Origin: a bacterium
GTDB taxonomy: Bacteria; Ratteibacteria; UBA8468; B48-G9; DTJG01
NCBI GenBank assembly: GCA_021800535.1
Contig: JAJYYV010000004.1
Coordinates: 16,007 to 80,006, forward strand
Length of the DNA stretch: 64,000 nucleotides
Reading direction: 5' to 3'
Part shown: piece by piece, positions 43,567-53,919 of the stretch
How the letters are laid out: each line of letters opens with the position of its first letter
How positions within the stretch are numbered: the first letter of the stretch is position 1
Notes under the pieces: model-generated
Seen by the model: only the letters and a program-made list of their open reading frames with translations
The model's database searches: none
Told to the model about the DNA's origin: nothing
Program-made: the position numbers and the translations under genes

Positions 43567-46223
43567 CTATTGTCTCCTGCAAATATAATCCTGCCAAACT
43601 GGTATGGATTATCTATTTTACCTGTCCATGTAACATCTGGTAAATGGTTTGATGTTCTTTGAAAATTTATGCCCCAATAATGGCCTTTACTTATTTTACC
43701 ATCTATATCTTTTAAAGGAATAGACATTTCAACAATCCATCTATTAGACCTGATAGATGTTGTACTTGTCCATGAAGAATTCCATCTTTCATCCGAGCTA
43801 TTATTATTTTTATATCTATAAAATCTCCATACATATGCATATCTGATGATATTTGTGGGTTGAACAGTAAATTGATACCATCTTGATGTGGAATTAGATG
43901 GATTAATGGCAACAGTAAAGAAATCCTGACTATTATAATTTAAAGTATTTGCCTGCGGGTCATAACATACAGCAAGAATATAAAGATTTTGATTATCATA
44001 ACCAGCAAAAACCTTGGTTTGAATCTGGGAAGGCACTCTTTCTTTTTCAATATATATAAATGTATCACTTGCTGTCATATTAGACCAAGGAGTCTCATTA
44101 TCATTCGCGTCCATAACAGGAACCGTTGAGAAATTTTCTGCTATTATTTGTTTATGAATTATTTCTCTTATCCCCTGTTTATTAACATAAAGTTTTTGTT
44201 TTATTTCCGGGATATAATATTCAAAGTTATTTAATACATTCCTGCTATAAAGATATAACCGGGCTTTTGTTCTGATAGGTTCAGTATCTGTCTGGCTTAA
44301 ATCTACAAGAGTATAAAGTCCTTTTTTTACTCCCATTTTTGCAAGAGCCCATGCAGAATTGAGTTTTACTTCAATATTAGAGCTTTGAAGTGTTTGTAAA
44401 AGTTCTGGAGAAGATGAGGTATCACTTAAAAGAGCGAGTGTTTTAATTGCCAACAATTGTATTTTAGGATTAGAATTAAAAATATTATTCCTTGCAATAG
44501 AAATTCCAGAGTTGTTTTCAAGCAAAGCAAGGGCATAAACCGCTGTAACCTGTAGATATGTATCAGGACTATTTAAGTAAGGATATATAAGACTTTCTGC
44601 ACCAGGTGTTCTGGTTTTTGCTGCTGCTATAAGGGCCAATCTTTTTGTTTTTTCTGAAGAAGAAGATAAACAATTTCTTATTAATGTATAGGAAGATGAT
44701 TCTGGTTGATATATAATAAATCTTAATCCTGCATTTTGGACATCAGGATAAGGGCTTGTTAACATTTCTTTTATAGAACCAGAAATTTTACTACTTCTTT
44801 TAATCAGTGATAGTTCTTCTATAGCCTGGATTCTTTGGGAATTATGAGATGAGTCTATCTGTTCTTCCATGTTTCTATTAATTTGTTCAAGGATATTGTC
44901 TGCTGTATTTCTTGCCCGATAATTACTATCCATTCTGGATTCATATACAAGAAATTTAAGGAAAGTGGCATTTGAAGAATCTAATTTATACCATGCTCTA
45001 ATAAGATGTGTTCTTATTTGTGGTTGAGGAGTTCCTATTAAAGATTTAAAAAATTTATTTACAGCATTTGTTTTGGCAGTTCCGATTTTTCCTAAAAGGT
45101 TTAAGGCTAATATCTTAGAATAAATTGGGGTTTCCGGAGAAGAGACAGCAGATTCTAAAAGAGGAATAAAAGCCGGATTTTTTAAGGAAAGGATTGTCTG
45201 GTAGGCAGTCTCTTTTACCAATTCAGAGCTATCAGATAATTTATTTACAATGTAAGAATAAGATGCTATATTATTAAATTTTTCCAATCCCCAGAGAGCA
45301 TATATTCTAACATTTTTATCTGGACTATCAATCTGAGATATAAGAGCATCTACACTATTTGTGTCATTAAGTCTGACTAATGCTTTTATTGTTTCAATTT
45401 TTAATTTTACAGATGGTTCTGAAAGTAGTTTGGCAAGATTTGTAAAACCGGATTTTGATTTCATTTGCTCTAAAGCCCATACAGCCTGTATTTTTACACT
45501 ATTCCATTTACTATTAAGTCCATTAATAATAAAAGGTATTACTGATGGGTCATCAGTTTTTTCCAATGTCCATATTGTGTTAATCTGTATTTCCTTGTTT
45601 TTGCTTGTACTAAGACTTTGAAATATGGAAGTATCAACATTAAGATTATGTTTAAAATTGTACTTGCCCATATCTGAACTTAATAAATGTTGCAGCGCCT
45701 GAAGAATGGCAAGTTGGACTTCTGTATTAGAATCATTAAGATGAGAAATAAGAGTATTTAAAGAATCAGGATTTCCAAATTTTTCAAATCCAACCGCAGA
45801 CCAAAATCTTACCTGCCAGTAGCTGTCAGTAAGACCTGTTTTAAAATCAGATAAGATGTTATTGTTTCTTCCCCATTTTACCAAACTTTTTATACCATAA
45901 AGTCTTACCTGCCAGTATGGGTCATTAAGTTCCTGTTGATATGTGTTTGTAAAAGAATTATCTCCTAATACATAAAGAATTTTGGAAGCAAGAACTCTTA
46001 TTTCTGTTGATTCTATAGAAGGATTAAGCAGGCCCGGGACCTCAGGAACCGCAGAAAAATTTCTCTGGTATAGTATCTGGTTTAAAAGTTCAATTTTTTG
46101 TTGTTTTGTCCCAAAAGAAAACACAGATTTTATATGATTTTCCTGGGCAAAAGATGTAAAAGTACAAATAAAAATAGAAATAATTATAATATAAATAAAT
46201 TTACTTAATCTAAATTTGTTCAT
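43563..46223 (-). CDS. secreted HEAT/PBS-lyase-repeat protein
   Basis: Signal peptide. More than 10 repeats of the type D..W.VR..A...L... Confidence 0.55.
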   Translation of the reverse strand: MNKFRLSKFIYIIIISIFICTFTSFAQENHIKSVFSFGTKQQKIELLNQILYQRNFSAVPEVPGLLNPSIESTEIRVLASKILYVLGDNSFTNTYQQELNDPYWQVRLYGIKSLVKWGRNNNILSDFKTGLTDSYWQVRFWSAVGFEKFGNPDSLNTLISHLNDSNTEVQLAILQALQHLLSSDMGKYNFKHNLNVDTSIFQSLSTSKNKEIQINTIWTLEKTDDPSVIPFIINGLNSKWNSVKIQAVWALEQMKSKSGFTNLAKLLSEPSVKLKIETIKALVRLNDTNSVDALISQIDSPDKNVRIYALWGLEKFNNIASYSYIVNKLSDSSELVKETAYQTILSLKNPAFIPLLESAVSSPETPIYSKILALNLLGKIGTAKTNAVNKFFKSLIGTPQPQIRTHLIRAWYKLDSSNATFLKFLVYESRMDSNYRARNTADNILEQINRNMEEQIDSSHNSQRIQAIEELSLIKRSSKISGSIKEMLTSPYPDVQNAGLRFIIYQPESSSYTLIRNCLSSSSEKTKRLALIAAAKTRTPGAESLIYPYLNSPDTYLQVTAVYALALLENNSGISIARNNIFNSNPKIQLLAIKTLALLSDTSSSPELLQTLQSSNIEVKLNSAWALAKMGVKKGLYTLVDLSQTDTEPIRTKARLYLYSRNVLNNFEYYIPEIKQKLYVNKQGIREIIHKQIIAENFSTVPVMDANDNETPWSNMTASDTFIYIEKERVPSQIQTKVFAGYDNQNLYILAVCYDPQANTLNYNSQDFFTVAINPSNSTSRWYQFTVQPTNIIRYAYVWRFYRYKNNNSSDERWNSSWTSTTSIRSNRWIVEMSIPLKDIDGKISKGHYWGINFQRTSNHLPDVTWTGKIDNPYQFGRIIFAGDNR

Positions 46224-46293
46224 TTTTATTTAAAAAAAAATTTTGTTATATATAACTTTTATTTTATCCCAAAACAGAAATTTGTAAAAAAAA

Positions 46294-47691
46294 TTAGTTT
46301 ATATTTTTTGTATTTGAATATATTTTTTCTATTTCCTCTTTAAAATCATATGCAACCTGATTAATTGGTCCGGCTCCAATAGTTAAAATAATATCTTCTT
46401 TTTTCACTTCCTTTAAAAGATATTTTACTATTGCCTGAAATGTGGGTATATATTTTGCTTTTATTCCATTTTTTGATATTTCATGGACAAGGATTTCACT
46501 GTTTACTAATTTTTTTTCTATTTCACTATCTCTGACAAAATATATATCAGGAACTATTACTTCATCTGCAATAGAAAAAGAAGAAGCAAATGATTTTAAT
46601 AAAAATCTTGTTCTGCTATACTGGTGTGGTTGAAAAACAACTATTAATCTTTTTTGAGGATATTTTTGCCGGATGCCTTTTAATGTTGCTTCTATTTCTG
46701 TTGGATGGTGTCCATAATCATCTGCAATTATAACTCCATTAATATTTTTTATTTCCTGAAATCTTCTATTAACTCCAGGAAATTTTTTTAAAGAAGCTTT
46801 AATATCTTTTAAGGATATTTGAAGAGTAATTCCAACTGATATACAAGCCAAGGAATTTAAAACATTATGAAGTCCGTATAAATTTGTCTGAAATTTTCCG
46901 ATTTTTTTATCTTTATATATACAATCAAAAACATTTCCCTTTTCAGAAAGAACAATATTATCTGCTTTGATATCTCCATTGTTTATTCCATAAGTTAATC
47001 TATCTCCGGAGTATTCCCTGATTACAGATTGAATATTTTTATCATCTATGTTGGCTATAAGCATTCCTTTGTTCTTTATCTTTTTTGAAAATTCTTTAAA
47101 GGCAGATACTATATCATTTATATCTTTATAATAGTCTAAGTGGTCTTCTTCTATTGCTGTTATAATTTCAATTTCTGGTTGATAATTAAGAAAAGACCTT
47201 TTATATTCACATGCTTCAATTACTAAATAATTACTTTTTCCTATTCCTGAATTTCCCAATCCTGTAATTTCTCCTCCTATAACAAAATTTGTTTCAATTC
47301 CGCTTGAATTTAAAAGATTTACTATAAGAGCGGAAGTTGTTGTTTTCCCATGAGTCCCGGAAACAGCTATTGTTCTTTTTTCTTTTGTTAGTTTACCAAG
47401 TGCTTCTGGATAGGAAATGGCAGAAATTCCATATTTTTTTGCTTTTTTATATTCCGGATTTTCTTCAGTGATTGCCTGGGAATAAATTACAAGGGATATA
47501 TCCTTTGTAATATTTTCTTCTTTTTGCTCATAAAAAACTTCTATACCTGTGCTTTTAAGATTTTCTGTAAGTTCTGTTTTTATTAAATCTGAGCCCTGTA
47601 CTTTTTTCCCTGTGGAATTAAGAATTTTTGCTAATCCACTTGCTCCAATTCCACCTATTCCAATTATATGTATTATTTTTCCTTCAGGCAT
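46294..47691 (-). CDS. murC: UDP-N-acetylmuramate--L-alanine ligase
   Basis: IHIIGIGGIGASGLA...GTHGKTTT and Mur ligase domains. Confidence 0.9.
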   Translation of the reverse strand: MPEGKIIHIIGIGGIGASGLAKILNSTGKKVQGSDLIKTELTENLKSTGIEVFYEQKEENITKDISLVIYSQAITEENPEYKKAKKYGISAISYPEALGKLTKEKRTIAVSGTHGKTTTSALIVNLLNSSGIETNFVIGGEITGLGNSGIGKSNYLVIEACEYKRSFLNYQPEIEIITAIEEDHLDYYKDINDIVSAFKEFSKKIKNKGMLIANIDDKNIQSVIREYSGDRLTYGINNGDIKADNIVLSEKGNVFDCIYKDKKIGKFQTNLYGLHNVLNSLACISVGITLQISLKDIKASLKKFPGVNRRFQEIKNINGVIIADDYGHHPTEIEATLKGIRQKYPQKRLIVVFQPHQYSRTRFLLKSFASSFSIADEVIVPDIYFVRDSEIEKKLVNSEILVHEISKNGIKAKYIPTFQAIVKYLLKEVKKEDIILTIGAGPINQVAYDFKEEIEKIYSNTKNIN

Positions 47692-47693
47692 TT

Positions 47694-48767
47694 TTATCTA
47701 ATCAATTTTATACACAATTCAGCAAAATTACCTTTGGTATCTGCAATATTAATATTTTTAAAATTTAATTTAAATTCTTCAATATTTTCTTTTACTTTTT
47801 CAATTAAATCAAATAATTTCTGTGGGGTTATCTCTTTTTCTTTTATTACAACACAGGCTTTTTTTTCATCACAATATCTGCCATTAAAAAATTGATGTCC
47901 TCCTGCAAATTTGAAAGGAATAAGTATAGCCGGTTTTTTTATTGATGTAATCTCAGCTATAGTTCCTGCCCCGCATCTGCTTATTATAATATCAGAAATT
48001 TTCATAAAATCATAAATTTTTAAAGAAAAATCCGTAATATAGCAGTTAATATTAAATTTTTTATAAGAATTTTTTACATTTTCAAAATCTTTTTTGCCTG
48101 TTATATGAATAATTTGATATTTTAAAGGATTTAGCAAAGGAATAGTTTTTATTATAAGACTATTGATAAATTTAGCTCCCTGGCTTCCGCCTGTAACAAG
48201 TATTGTGGTTTTATTCTCTTTTAGATTTAAACTATTTAAAGAGATAGAACTTTTTTCAGAATAAAATTCTTCTCTTATAGGAAAACCTGTAATATAAAAT
48301 TTTTTCTTTAAAAGATATTTTTGCGTTTCTGAAAAACTTAAAGCTACAGGTGCTCCAAAGAAATTAAGAATCTTAGTTGTAATGCCGGCAACATAATTTT
48401 GTTCATGGATTATAAGATTTTGTTTTAACATAATGCCAGCTAAAATTGGTATTGCTGTGGTATAACTTCCAAAACCAACAATAAGATTGGGTTTTTGTTT
48501 TTTTATAAGAAGCAGAGAAACAATACCTACATATATTAATTGAAAAGGAAATAAAAAAAAGTTTAATTTTTTTGGTCTTTTTATAACAGGTATTTTAATA
48601 AATCTAAAATGTTTTTCTTTCCAGATTTCCAGATTTTTAATTTTTTTTTCTCCTGCAAAGATAATTGAAATTGAAGGTGAAATTTTTCTGATTGTTTCTG
48701 CTAAAACCGTTGCGGGAATATAATGTCCACCTGTAGAACCCACAATAATCAATATTTTTTTATTCAT
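47694..48767 (-). CDS. murG: undecaprenyldiphospho-muramoylpentapeptide beta-N-acetylglucosaminyltransferase
   Basis: GGTGGHYIPA-like N-terminus (VGSTGGHYIPA). GT28 fold. Lies between murC and the downstream genes. Confidence 0.9.
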   Translation of the reverse strand: MNKKILIIVGSTGGHYIPATVLAETIRKISPSISIIFAGEKKIKNLEIWKEKHFRFIKIPVIKRPKKLNFFLFPFQLIYVGIVSLLLIKKQKPNLIVGFGSYTTAIPILAGIMLKQNLIIHEQNYVAGITTKILNFFGAPVALSFSETQKYLLKKKFYITGFPIREEFYSEKSSISLNSLNLKENKTTILVTGGSQGAKFINSLIIKTIPLLNPLKYQIIHITGKKDFENVKNSYKKFNINCYITDFSLKIYDFMKISDIIISRCGAGTIAEITSIKKPAILIPFKFAGGHQFFNGRYCDEKKACVVIKEKEITPQKLFDLIEKVKENIEEFKLNFKNINIADTKGNFAELCIKLIR

Positions 48768-49480
48768 TTATTTTTTTGCTTTATTGCCTCATAACAGAAA
48801 ATAGATGCCGCAATAGCAACATTAAAAGATAAAGATGCTTTAGCCATAGGAATAGAAACTTGTAAATCTGTATATTTTAATAAATTTTGATGAATTCCTT
48901 TGTTTTCTGAGCCTAAAATAATACCTAATGGAAAAAGAAAAGAAGTTTTAAAAATACTTGTTCCTTTATTTAGAACAGAACCCATAATCCAGTATCCATG
49001 ATTTTTGGCTTCAATAATTGAATATGTAAGATTTGAGACTCTGCATATATCAACATAATTTTCTCCACCTTCAGCCACAGCTAAAACAGTTTCATTAACT
49101 TCACATGCTCTTTGTTTTGGTATAATAATTACAAAATCACCAAGACATCCTGTAGCTCGTATAATACTTCCGAAATTTTGCGGGTCTGTTATATTATCAA
49201 GAAAAATCAGAACAGGTTTTTTATCATCGGCTAAATTTATTATTTCTTTAAATGGCATGTATTGAAAATCCTTAACCTCAGCAAGTATTTTAGGTGTTCT
49301 GTTTGAAAATTTTTTAAATTGTCCATCCGGTATATGTTTAAATACAACTGGAATATTTGCATTTTTTATTTCCTTTAAAAGATTTTCATCATTAAAATCT
49401 TTCTGACAGAATATTTTTTTTATACTTTCAGGATTTCTTTTTATTCGTTCAAAGATTGAATTTTTACTATATAAAAACAT
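48764..49480 (-). CDS. TrmH/SpoU-family RNA 2'-O-methyltransferase
   Basis: DPQNFGSIIR, LGSENKG and SLNV motifs. Confidence 0.8.
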   Translation of the reverse strand: MFLYSKNSIFERIKRNPESIKKIFCQKDFNDENLLKEIKNANIPVVFKHIPDGQFKKFSNRTPKILAEVKDFQYMPFKEIINLADDKKPVLIFLDNITDPQNFGSIIRATGCLGDFVIIIPKQRACEVNETVLAVAEGGENYVDICRVSNLTYSIIEAKNHGYWIMGSVLNKGTSIFKTSFLFPLGIILGSENKGIHQNLLKYTDLQVSIPMAKASLSFNVAIAASIFCYEAIKQKNK

Positions 49481-49604
49481 TTTTATTTTCTCCTATTTTT
49501 TATGAAACTATTAAATTTTATCATAAATTTTCAAATAATATATTTTATAATAAGTAATTGACATGGCAGAATAGTTAATATATAGTTTATTTGGGAGAAA
49601 AATT

Positions 49605-50858
49605 ATGGACACACAGGATATAGAAAAAAATTACCAGTCTGCAAAAAAAATATATATGGATTTTGGAGTGGATACGGATAAGGTTCTTGAAATAATGAAA
49701 CAAATCCCTGTTTCTGTTCATTGCTGGCAGGGAGATGATGTGGCAGGATTTGAAAAAACAGAAGGTTTATCCGGCGGATTAGTTGCAACAGGCAATTACC
49801 CCGGAAAAGCAACAACCCCGGAGCAGCTTCGTCAGGATATTGAAATGGCTTTATCTCTTATTCCGGGAAAACATAAGATAAATCTTCATTCCATCTATGG
49901 AGAAAATTATAAAGAAAGAGATAAAATTAGTATAAATAATTTTAAAAACTGGTTGAATTGGGCAAAACAGAAAGAACTGGGAATTGATTTTAATCCGACA
50001 TTTTTTTCTCATTCTATGGCAGATTCAGGTTATACACTTTCCAGCCAGGATAAAAAGATAAGAGATTTCTGGATATCGCACGCAAAAGATTGTAGAGAAA
50101 TCGCTTATTATATTGGGAAAGAATTAGGAATAATCTGTATACATAATATATGGATTCCAGATGGTTCAAAAGATATTCCTGCAGATAGAATAAGTCATAG
50201 AAAAATATTAAAAGATTCTCTGGATGAAATATTGTCAGAAAAGTATGATAGAAAATTTATGAGAGATTCTCTTGAAAGTAAATTATTTGGAATTGGTTCT
50301 GAAAGTTATGTGGTTGGGGCTTTTGAATTTTACTATGGATATGGTTTGAAAAATAATATTATGTTGTGTCTGGATACAGGGCATTTTCATCCTACAGAAA
50401 GTATTGCTGATAAAATCTCTTCAGTTCTTCTTTTTCAGGATGAAATGCTTTTACACATAAGCAGAGGAGTAAGATGGGACAGCGACCATGTTGTTATATT
50501 AAATGATGATATTATTTCAATTACACAAGAAATAAAAAGATATAATGTATTTGATAGAGTTCATTTTTCTCTTGATTATTTTGATGCCAGTATAAATAGA
50601 ATTACTGCATGGGTAATTGGAGCTCAGGCTCTTTTAAAAGCAATATTATTTTCTCTTCTTGAGCCAACACATTTAATCCAGCATGAAGAAAAAAATGGAA
50701 ATTTTGGCAATAGACTTGCTCTGATGGAGAATTTTAAGATGTTACCATTTGCTTTTGTGTGGGATAAATTCTGTTCTTTGTATAATGTTCCTATAAGAAA
50801 TAAATATCTGGACAATATAAAAGCCTATGAAGAATCCGTTCTCTTAAAGAGAAAATAA
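49605..50858 (+). CDS. rhaA: L-rhamnose isomerase
   Basis: HCWQGDDV, TGNYPGKA, NPTFFSH, IWIPDG, CLDTGHFHPTE, RWDSDHVV, DYFDASINRI, AWVIGA. Collinear with E. coli RhaA. Confidence 0.9.
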   Translation: MDTQDIEKNYQSAKKIYMDFGVDTDKVLEIMKQIPVSVHCWQGDDVAGFEKTEGLSGGLVATGNYPGKATTPEQLRQDIEMALSLIPGKHKINLHSIYGENYKERDKISINNFKNWLNWAKQKELGIDFNPTFFSHSMADSGYTLSSQDKKIRDFWISHAKDCREIAYYIGKELGIICIHNIWIPDGSKDIPADRISHRKILKDSLDEILSEKYDRKFMRDSLESKLFGIGSESYVVGAFEFYYGYGLKNNIMLCLDTGHFHPTESIADKISSVLLFQDEMLLHISRGVRWDSDHVVILNDDIISITQEIKRYNVFDRVHFSLDYFDASINRITAWVIGAQALLKAILFSLLEPTHLIQHEEKNGNFGNRLALMENFKMLPFAFVWDKFCSLYNVPIRNKYLDNIKAYEESVLLKRK

Positions 50859-50862
50859 ATCT

Positions 50863-51201
50863 TTATTGTTTTATCATAACAAGCATCATTTTAAATCTTT
50901 TTTTTGCTTTTAATGCATGAGGTTTTTTGGCAGGCATAATTATTAACTGCCCTTTTTTCAATATATATGAAACACCTGAAATTATAATCTCTGCCTCGCC
51001 ATCAAAAATATAAACAAGAGCATCAAAAGGAGCAGAATGTTCACTTAGTCCTTCTCCTTTATCAAATGAAAAAAGGGTAACTGTTCCTGTTTTCTTTGTT
51101 ATTATCTCTTTGCTTACAACAGATTTTGCCTGATAAGAAATTATTTTATCAACATCCATAGGGAAAGTTTCTATGGAATTTTTATTCTCTTTTGTATTCA
51201 T
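50863..51201 (-). CDS. cupin-domain protein
   Basis: 112 aa with G.H.H.....E.FYV..G cupin-like motifs (EHSAPFDALVYIFDGEAEI). Confidence 0.55.
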   Translation of the reverse strand: MNTKENKNSIETFPMDVDKIISYQAKSVVSKEIITKKTGTVTLFSFDKGEGLSEHSAPFDALVYIFDGEAEIIISGVSYILKKGQLIIMPAKKPHALKAKKRFKMMLVMIKQ

Positions 51202-51338
51202 TGATTTTTCCTTTTTTTTAGTTTTTAAAAGGTATTTATTTTTTAATAATATAATTTTTTATATGAATTGTCTAATAATATTTTCTCTTTCTCTAAAATA
51301 TTTATATTTCTTTCTTTTATTTTTTTTACATCACTTAT

Positions 51339-53018
51339 TTAAAAGACGGATTTTGCCGGGGGTGGATTTTTAGAAGAATCATCATCTTTATTTTGGTCTT
51401 TTCTTTGTCTTTTTTCAGGCAGAGGTTCATTCTCTACATTTTCCAAGTTAGGATTTAAAACTGTAAAAGAAGATTCTTCCTTATGGATACAAATTGCCTG
51501 AAAAGTTTTTAATTTCATAAATATTTCAGGAGGGAATATTCTTTTGTTCACTACTTTTTCCATTATTGAATGTAGTCTGGAAAAAATTCTATCAACTATC
51601 GTTTGATGAGTTTTTTCTATTGCTTTATAAGTCCCTGCCATTTTGCTGAAAACTTCAGCTGTTTGAGGGTCATTGATTTTTAATATAATATGTGTATTGA
51701 TACCCTGTAAAATTTCTGAACGGATACCTATTTTATCTAAATTCCCTATTGATGAATAAGAAATAGTTAGCATAAATTTACTTCCTCTTGCTTTTTCAAG
51801 AAAATTTGTAAAAGATGGTGTTATAAAAGATTGACATTCATCAATAAAAATTCCCATATATTTTTGATCTGGATTTTGTAAAAATTCTTTATTTTGAATC
51901 TCTCCACTTATGGTTGTTAGGTCTTTAATTATTATTTTACCTAACATTTTTCCAATTTTTTCATAAGATTGTGTATCTAATGCAAAATATATAATTTTAT
52001 TATTTTGATAGGCATCAAGCAGATTTATTTCACCCTTGGGGGATTCAAAAAGAAAACCAAAATTTGAATGTATAATACGGGATAACCATGCTGTAAGTGA
52101 ACTTATATCCTTTGAGTGGTTTTTAAGAAAGAATGCAAGTTCAGGATATAAAGTTCTGTCTGGATTTTGTAATATTTTATAAACCTGTGAAAAGGTTAGT
52201 TTTTCTTTGGAGTGTTTTTCATGGTCATTAAATAAATTCTGTAAGGCAGTTTCACAAAGAGATATATAGTGCCTGGAATCTGTTTCTTTATATTCTGCCC
52301 AATCCATAGCTCCTATTATTTTATCTGTTAACTGGCTTGAATTACCAATCTCAAATGGATTATATGTGAATGACCTTTCTAACTCTGATAAGGAAAGAAT
52401 GTTATAATCTTTTTCTCTATTGTGTTTTCTTATAAGATAGGATATTTTTTTTATATTATCTAAATTGGCTTTTGCATCTATAAATATAAGAGGTCTTCCA
52501 TTTTTTATATCATCTTCAATTAATGGCTCAAGTACTGCTATAGTTTTTCCTGAGCCTGTTGAGCCTACGACCTGACAGTGAAGTAGTCTTTCTTGTTCAG
52601 ATACATAGAGAGGAGTAATATTTTTGAATGTTTGATGCCATGGGATAGGTATTTTACAACCTAAATAGGCTCCCAATTTTTTCTCTTCACCTTGTTTTAT
52701 AAATTTTTCCACAGGGATGTTTTTAGGGATTTTTATTTCATATTCATCTACTTGTTTTTTTAAATTATCCGGAGGTAGAAAATAATTTATTAATCCTGTT
52801 AGTAATAATACTGTCATAACAAAAATAAAAACATAGAGATAGGTTGTTGAAAGTCTTTCAAAATTATAAACAATTCTTGCAAATAAAATAGTAGATAAAA
52901 TAAATATTGTAAAAAGGTTGATTTTCTTTATTTTTGTTTTCCATAAATATTTTATAGAGTTTAGTAGAAATTCAAAAAAATTAGTTATAAATATAAATAT
53001 TAATTTTAATATTGTCAT
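51339..53018 (-). CDS. type IV coupling protein-like (TraD/TraG/VirD4-family) membrane ATPase
   Basis: 2 N-terminal TM helices. Walker A VVGSTGSGKT. Walker B MGIFIDECQSF. ~560 aa. Confidence 0.6.
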   Translation of the reverse strand: MTILKLIFIFITNFFEFLLNSIKYLWKTKIKKINLFTIFILSTILFARIVYNFERLSTTYLYVFIFVMTVLLLTGLINYFLPPDNLKKQVDEYEIKIPKNIPVEKFIKQGEEKKLGAYLGCKIPIPWHQTFKNITPLYVSEQERLLHCQVVGSTGSGKTIAVLEPLIEDDIKNGRPLIFIDAKANLDNIKKISYLIRKHNREKDYNILSLSELERSFTYNPFEIGNSSQLTDKIIGAMDWAEYKETDSRHYISLCETALQNLFNDHEKHSKEKLTFSQVYKILQNPDRTLYPELAFFLKNHSKDISSLTAWLSRIIHSNFGFLFESPKGEINLLDAYQNNKIIYFALDTQSYEKIGKMLGKIIIKDLTTISGEIQNKEFLQNPDQKYMGIFIDECQSFITPSFTNFLEKARGSKFMLTISYSSIGNLDKIGIRSEILQGINTHIILKINDPQTAEVFSKMAGTYKAIEKTHQTIVDRIFSRLHSIMEKVVNKRIFPPEIFMKLKTFQAICIHKEESSFTVLNPNLENVENEPLPEKRQRKDQNKDDDSSKNPPPAKSVF

Positions 53019-53045
53019 TTTTATTCCTTTTGTAAAAATAAAAAA

Positions 53046-53834
53046 TTAAAAAAGAGGGATGATAGTATCATTTATGTCATAGGCAATGCAATTTTTTTTA
53101 TTTTGAATGATATCAATATCCTGAATAAAAAAGAAATTGGATGGAGGAAAGATTTCTATTTGTTTGATGGTATTTTGCCAGTTTTGTTTAATCCCTATTA
53201 GATTATATATTATTATAACAGAATTATATCTGGCTTTTGATTGAGATAATAAATCATGTGCATTGTTCATAAGAATTTTTTTTGATTTAGGGGTAAGTTC
53301 TATTTCTATAGCAGCAATTTTATTCTGGGGTTTGTTATCATTATCATGTTTTATATAATGAATTTCGGCATCACATATTTTTTCTGTTTGTTGATTTGCC
53401 AGTCTATAGGAAGAAATATATCTTTGTAGACTATTTCCTAAAATCTCCTCCAGTATAATATGTATTTTAATCATGGTGGTATGATGATAAAAGGTAATAG
53501 GTTTATATTTACTTGAAATAAATGGTCGTATAAATTCCACCAGTCCTGATTGTGTAATTAGGATTTTCGTTGAAGTAGTAAGTATGTAGGCATAAGCTGG
53601 GTTCATGTGTGTTTTAAATGAGGATATAATCTTTTTACTTGACATATAATATAGAATATTTTGAGCTTTTTCTTCTGAACCAGAAAGTAATAATTTTATT
53701 TCGCTGCTTGTTATATATCCATATTCTGCTATAATTTTAATAATTTTTTCCTGAATATAAGATTGAAATACAATTCCTTTTTTTTGTTCCATTTTTTCAT
53801 ATAATAAATTTTTAAATAGGTGATATAATATCAT
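53046..53834 (-). CDS. hypothetical protein, possibly replication-relaxation family (N-terminal wHTH)
   Basis: 262 aa, adjacent to the T4CP-like gene. The N-terminal wHTH-like region is the only hint. Confidence 0.3.
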   Translation of the reverse strand: MILYHLFKNLLYEKMEQKKGIVFQSYIQEKIIKIIAEYGYITSSEIKLLLSGSEEKAQNILYYMSSKKIISSFKTHMNPAYAYILTTSTKILITQSGLVEFIRPFISSKYKPITFYHHTTMIKIHIILEEILGNSLQRYISSYRLANQQTEKICDAEIHYIKHDNDNKPQNKIAAIEIELTPKSKKILMNNAHDLLSQSKARYNSVIIIYNLIGIKQNWQNTIKQIEIFPPSNFFFIQDIDIIQNKKNCIAYDINDTIIPLF

Positions 53835-53919
53835 AAATAATATTTTGAATTAAATTTGACCTGCATTTTTTTATATGAAAATATCAGAAAATAGAGTGGA
53901 AGACTTAACCATAAATTAA

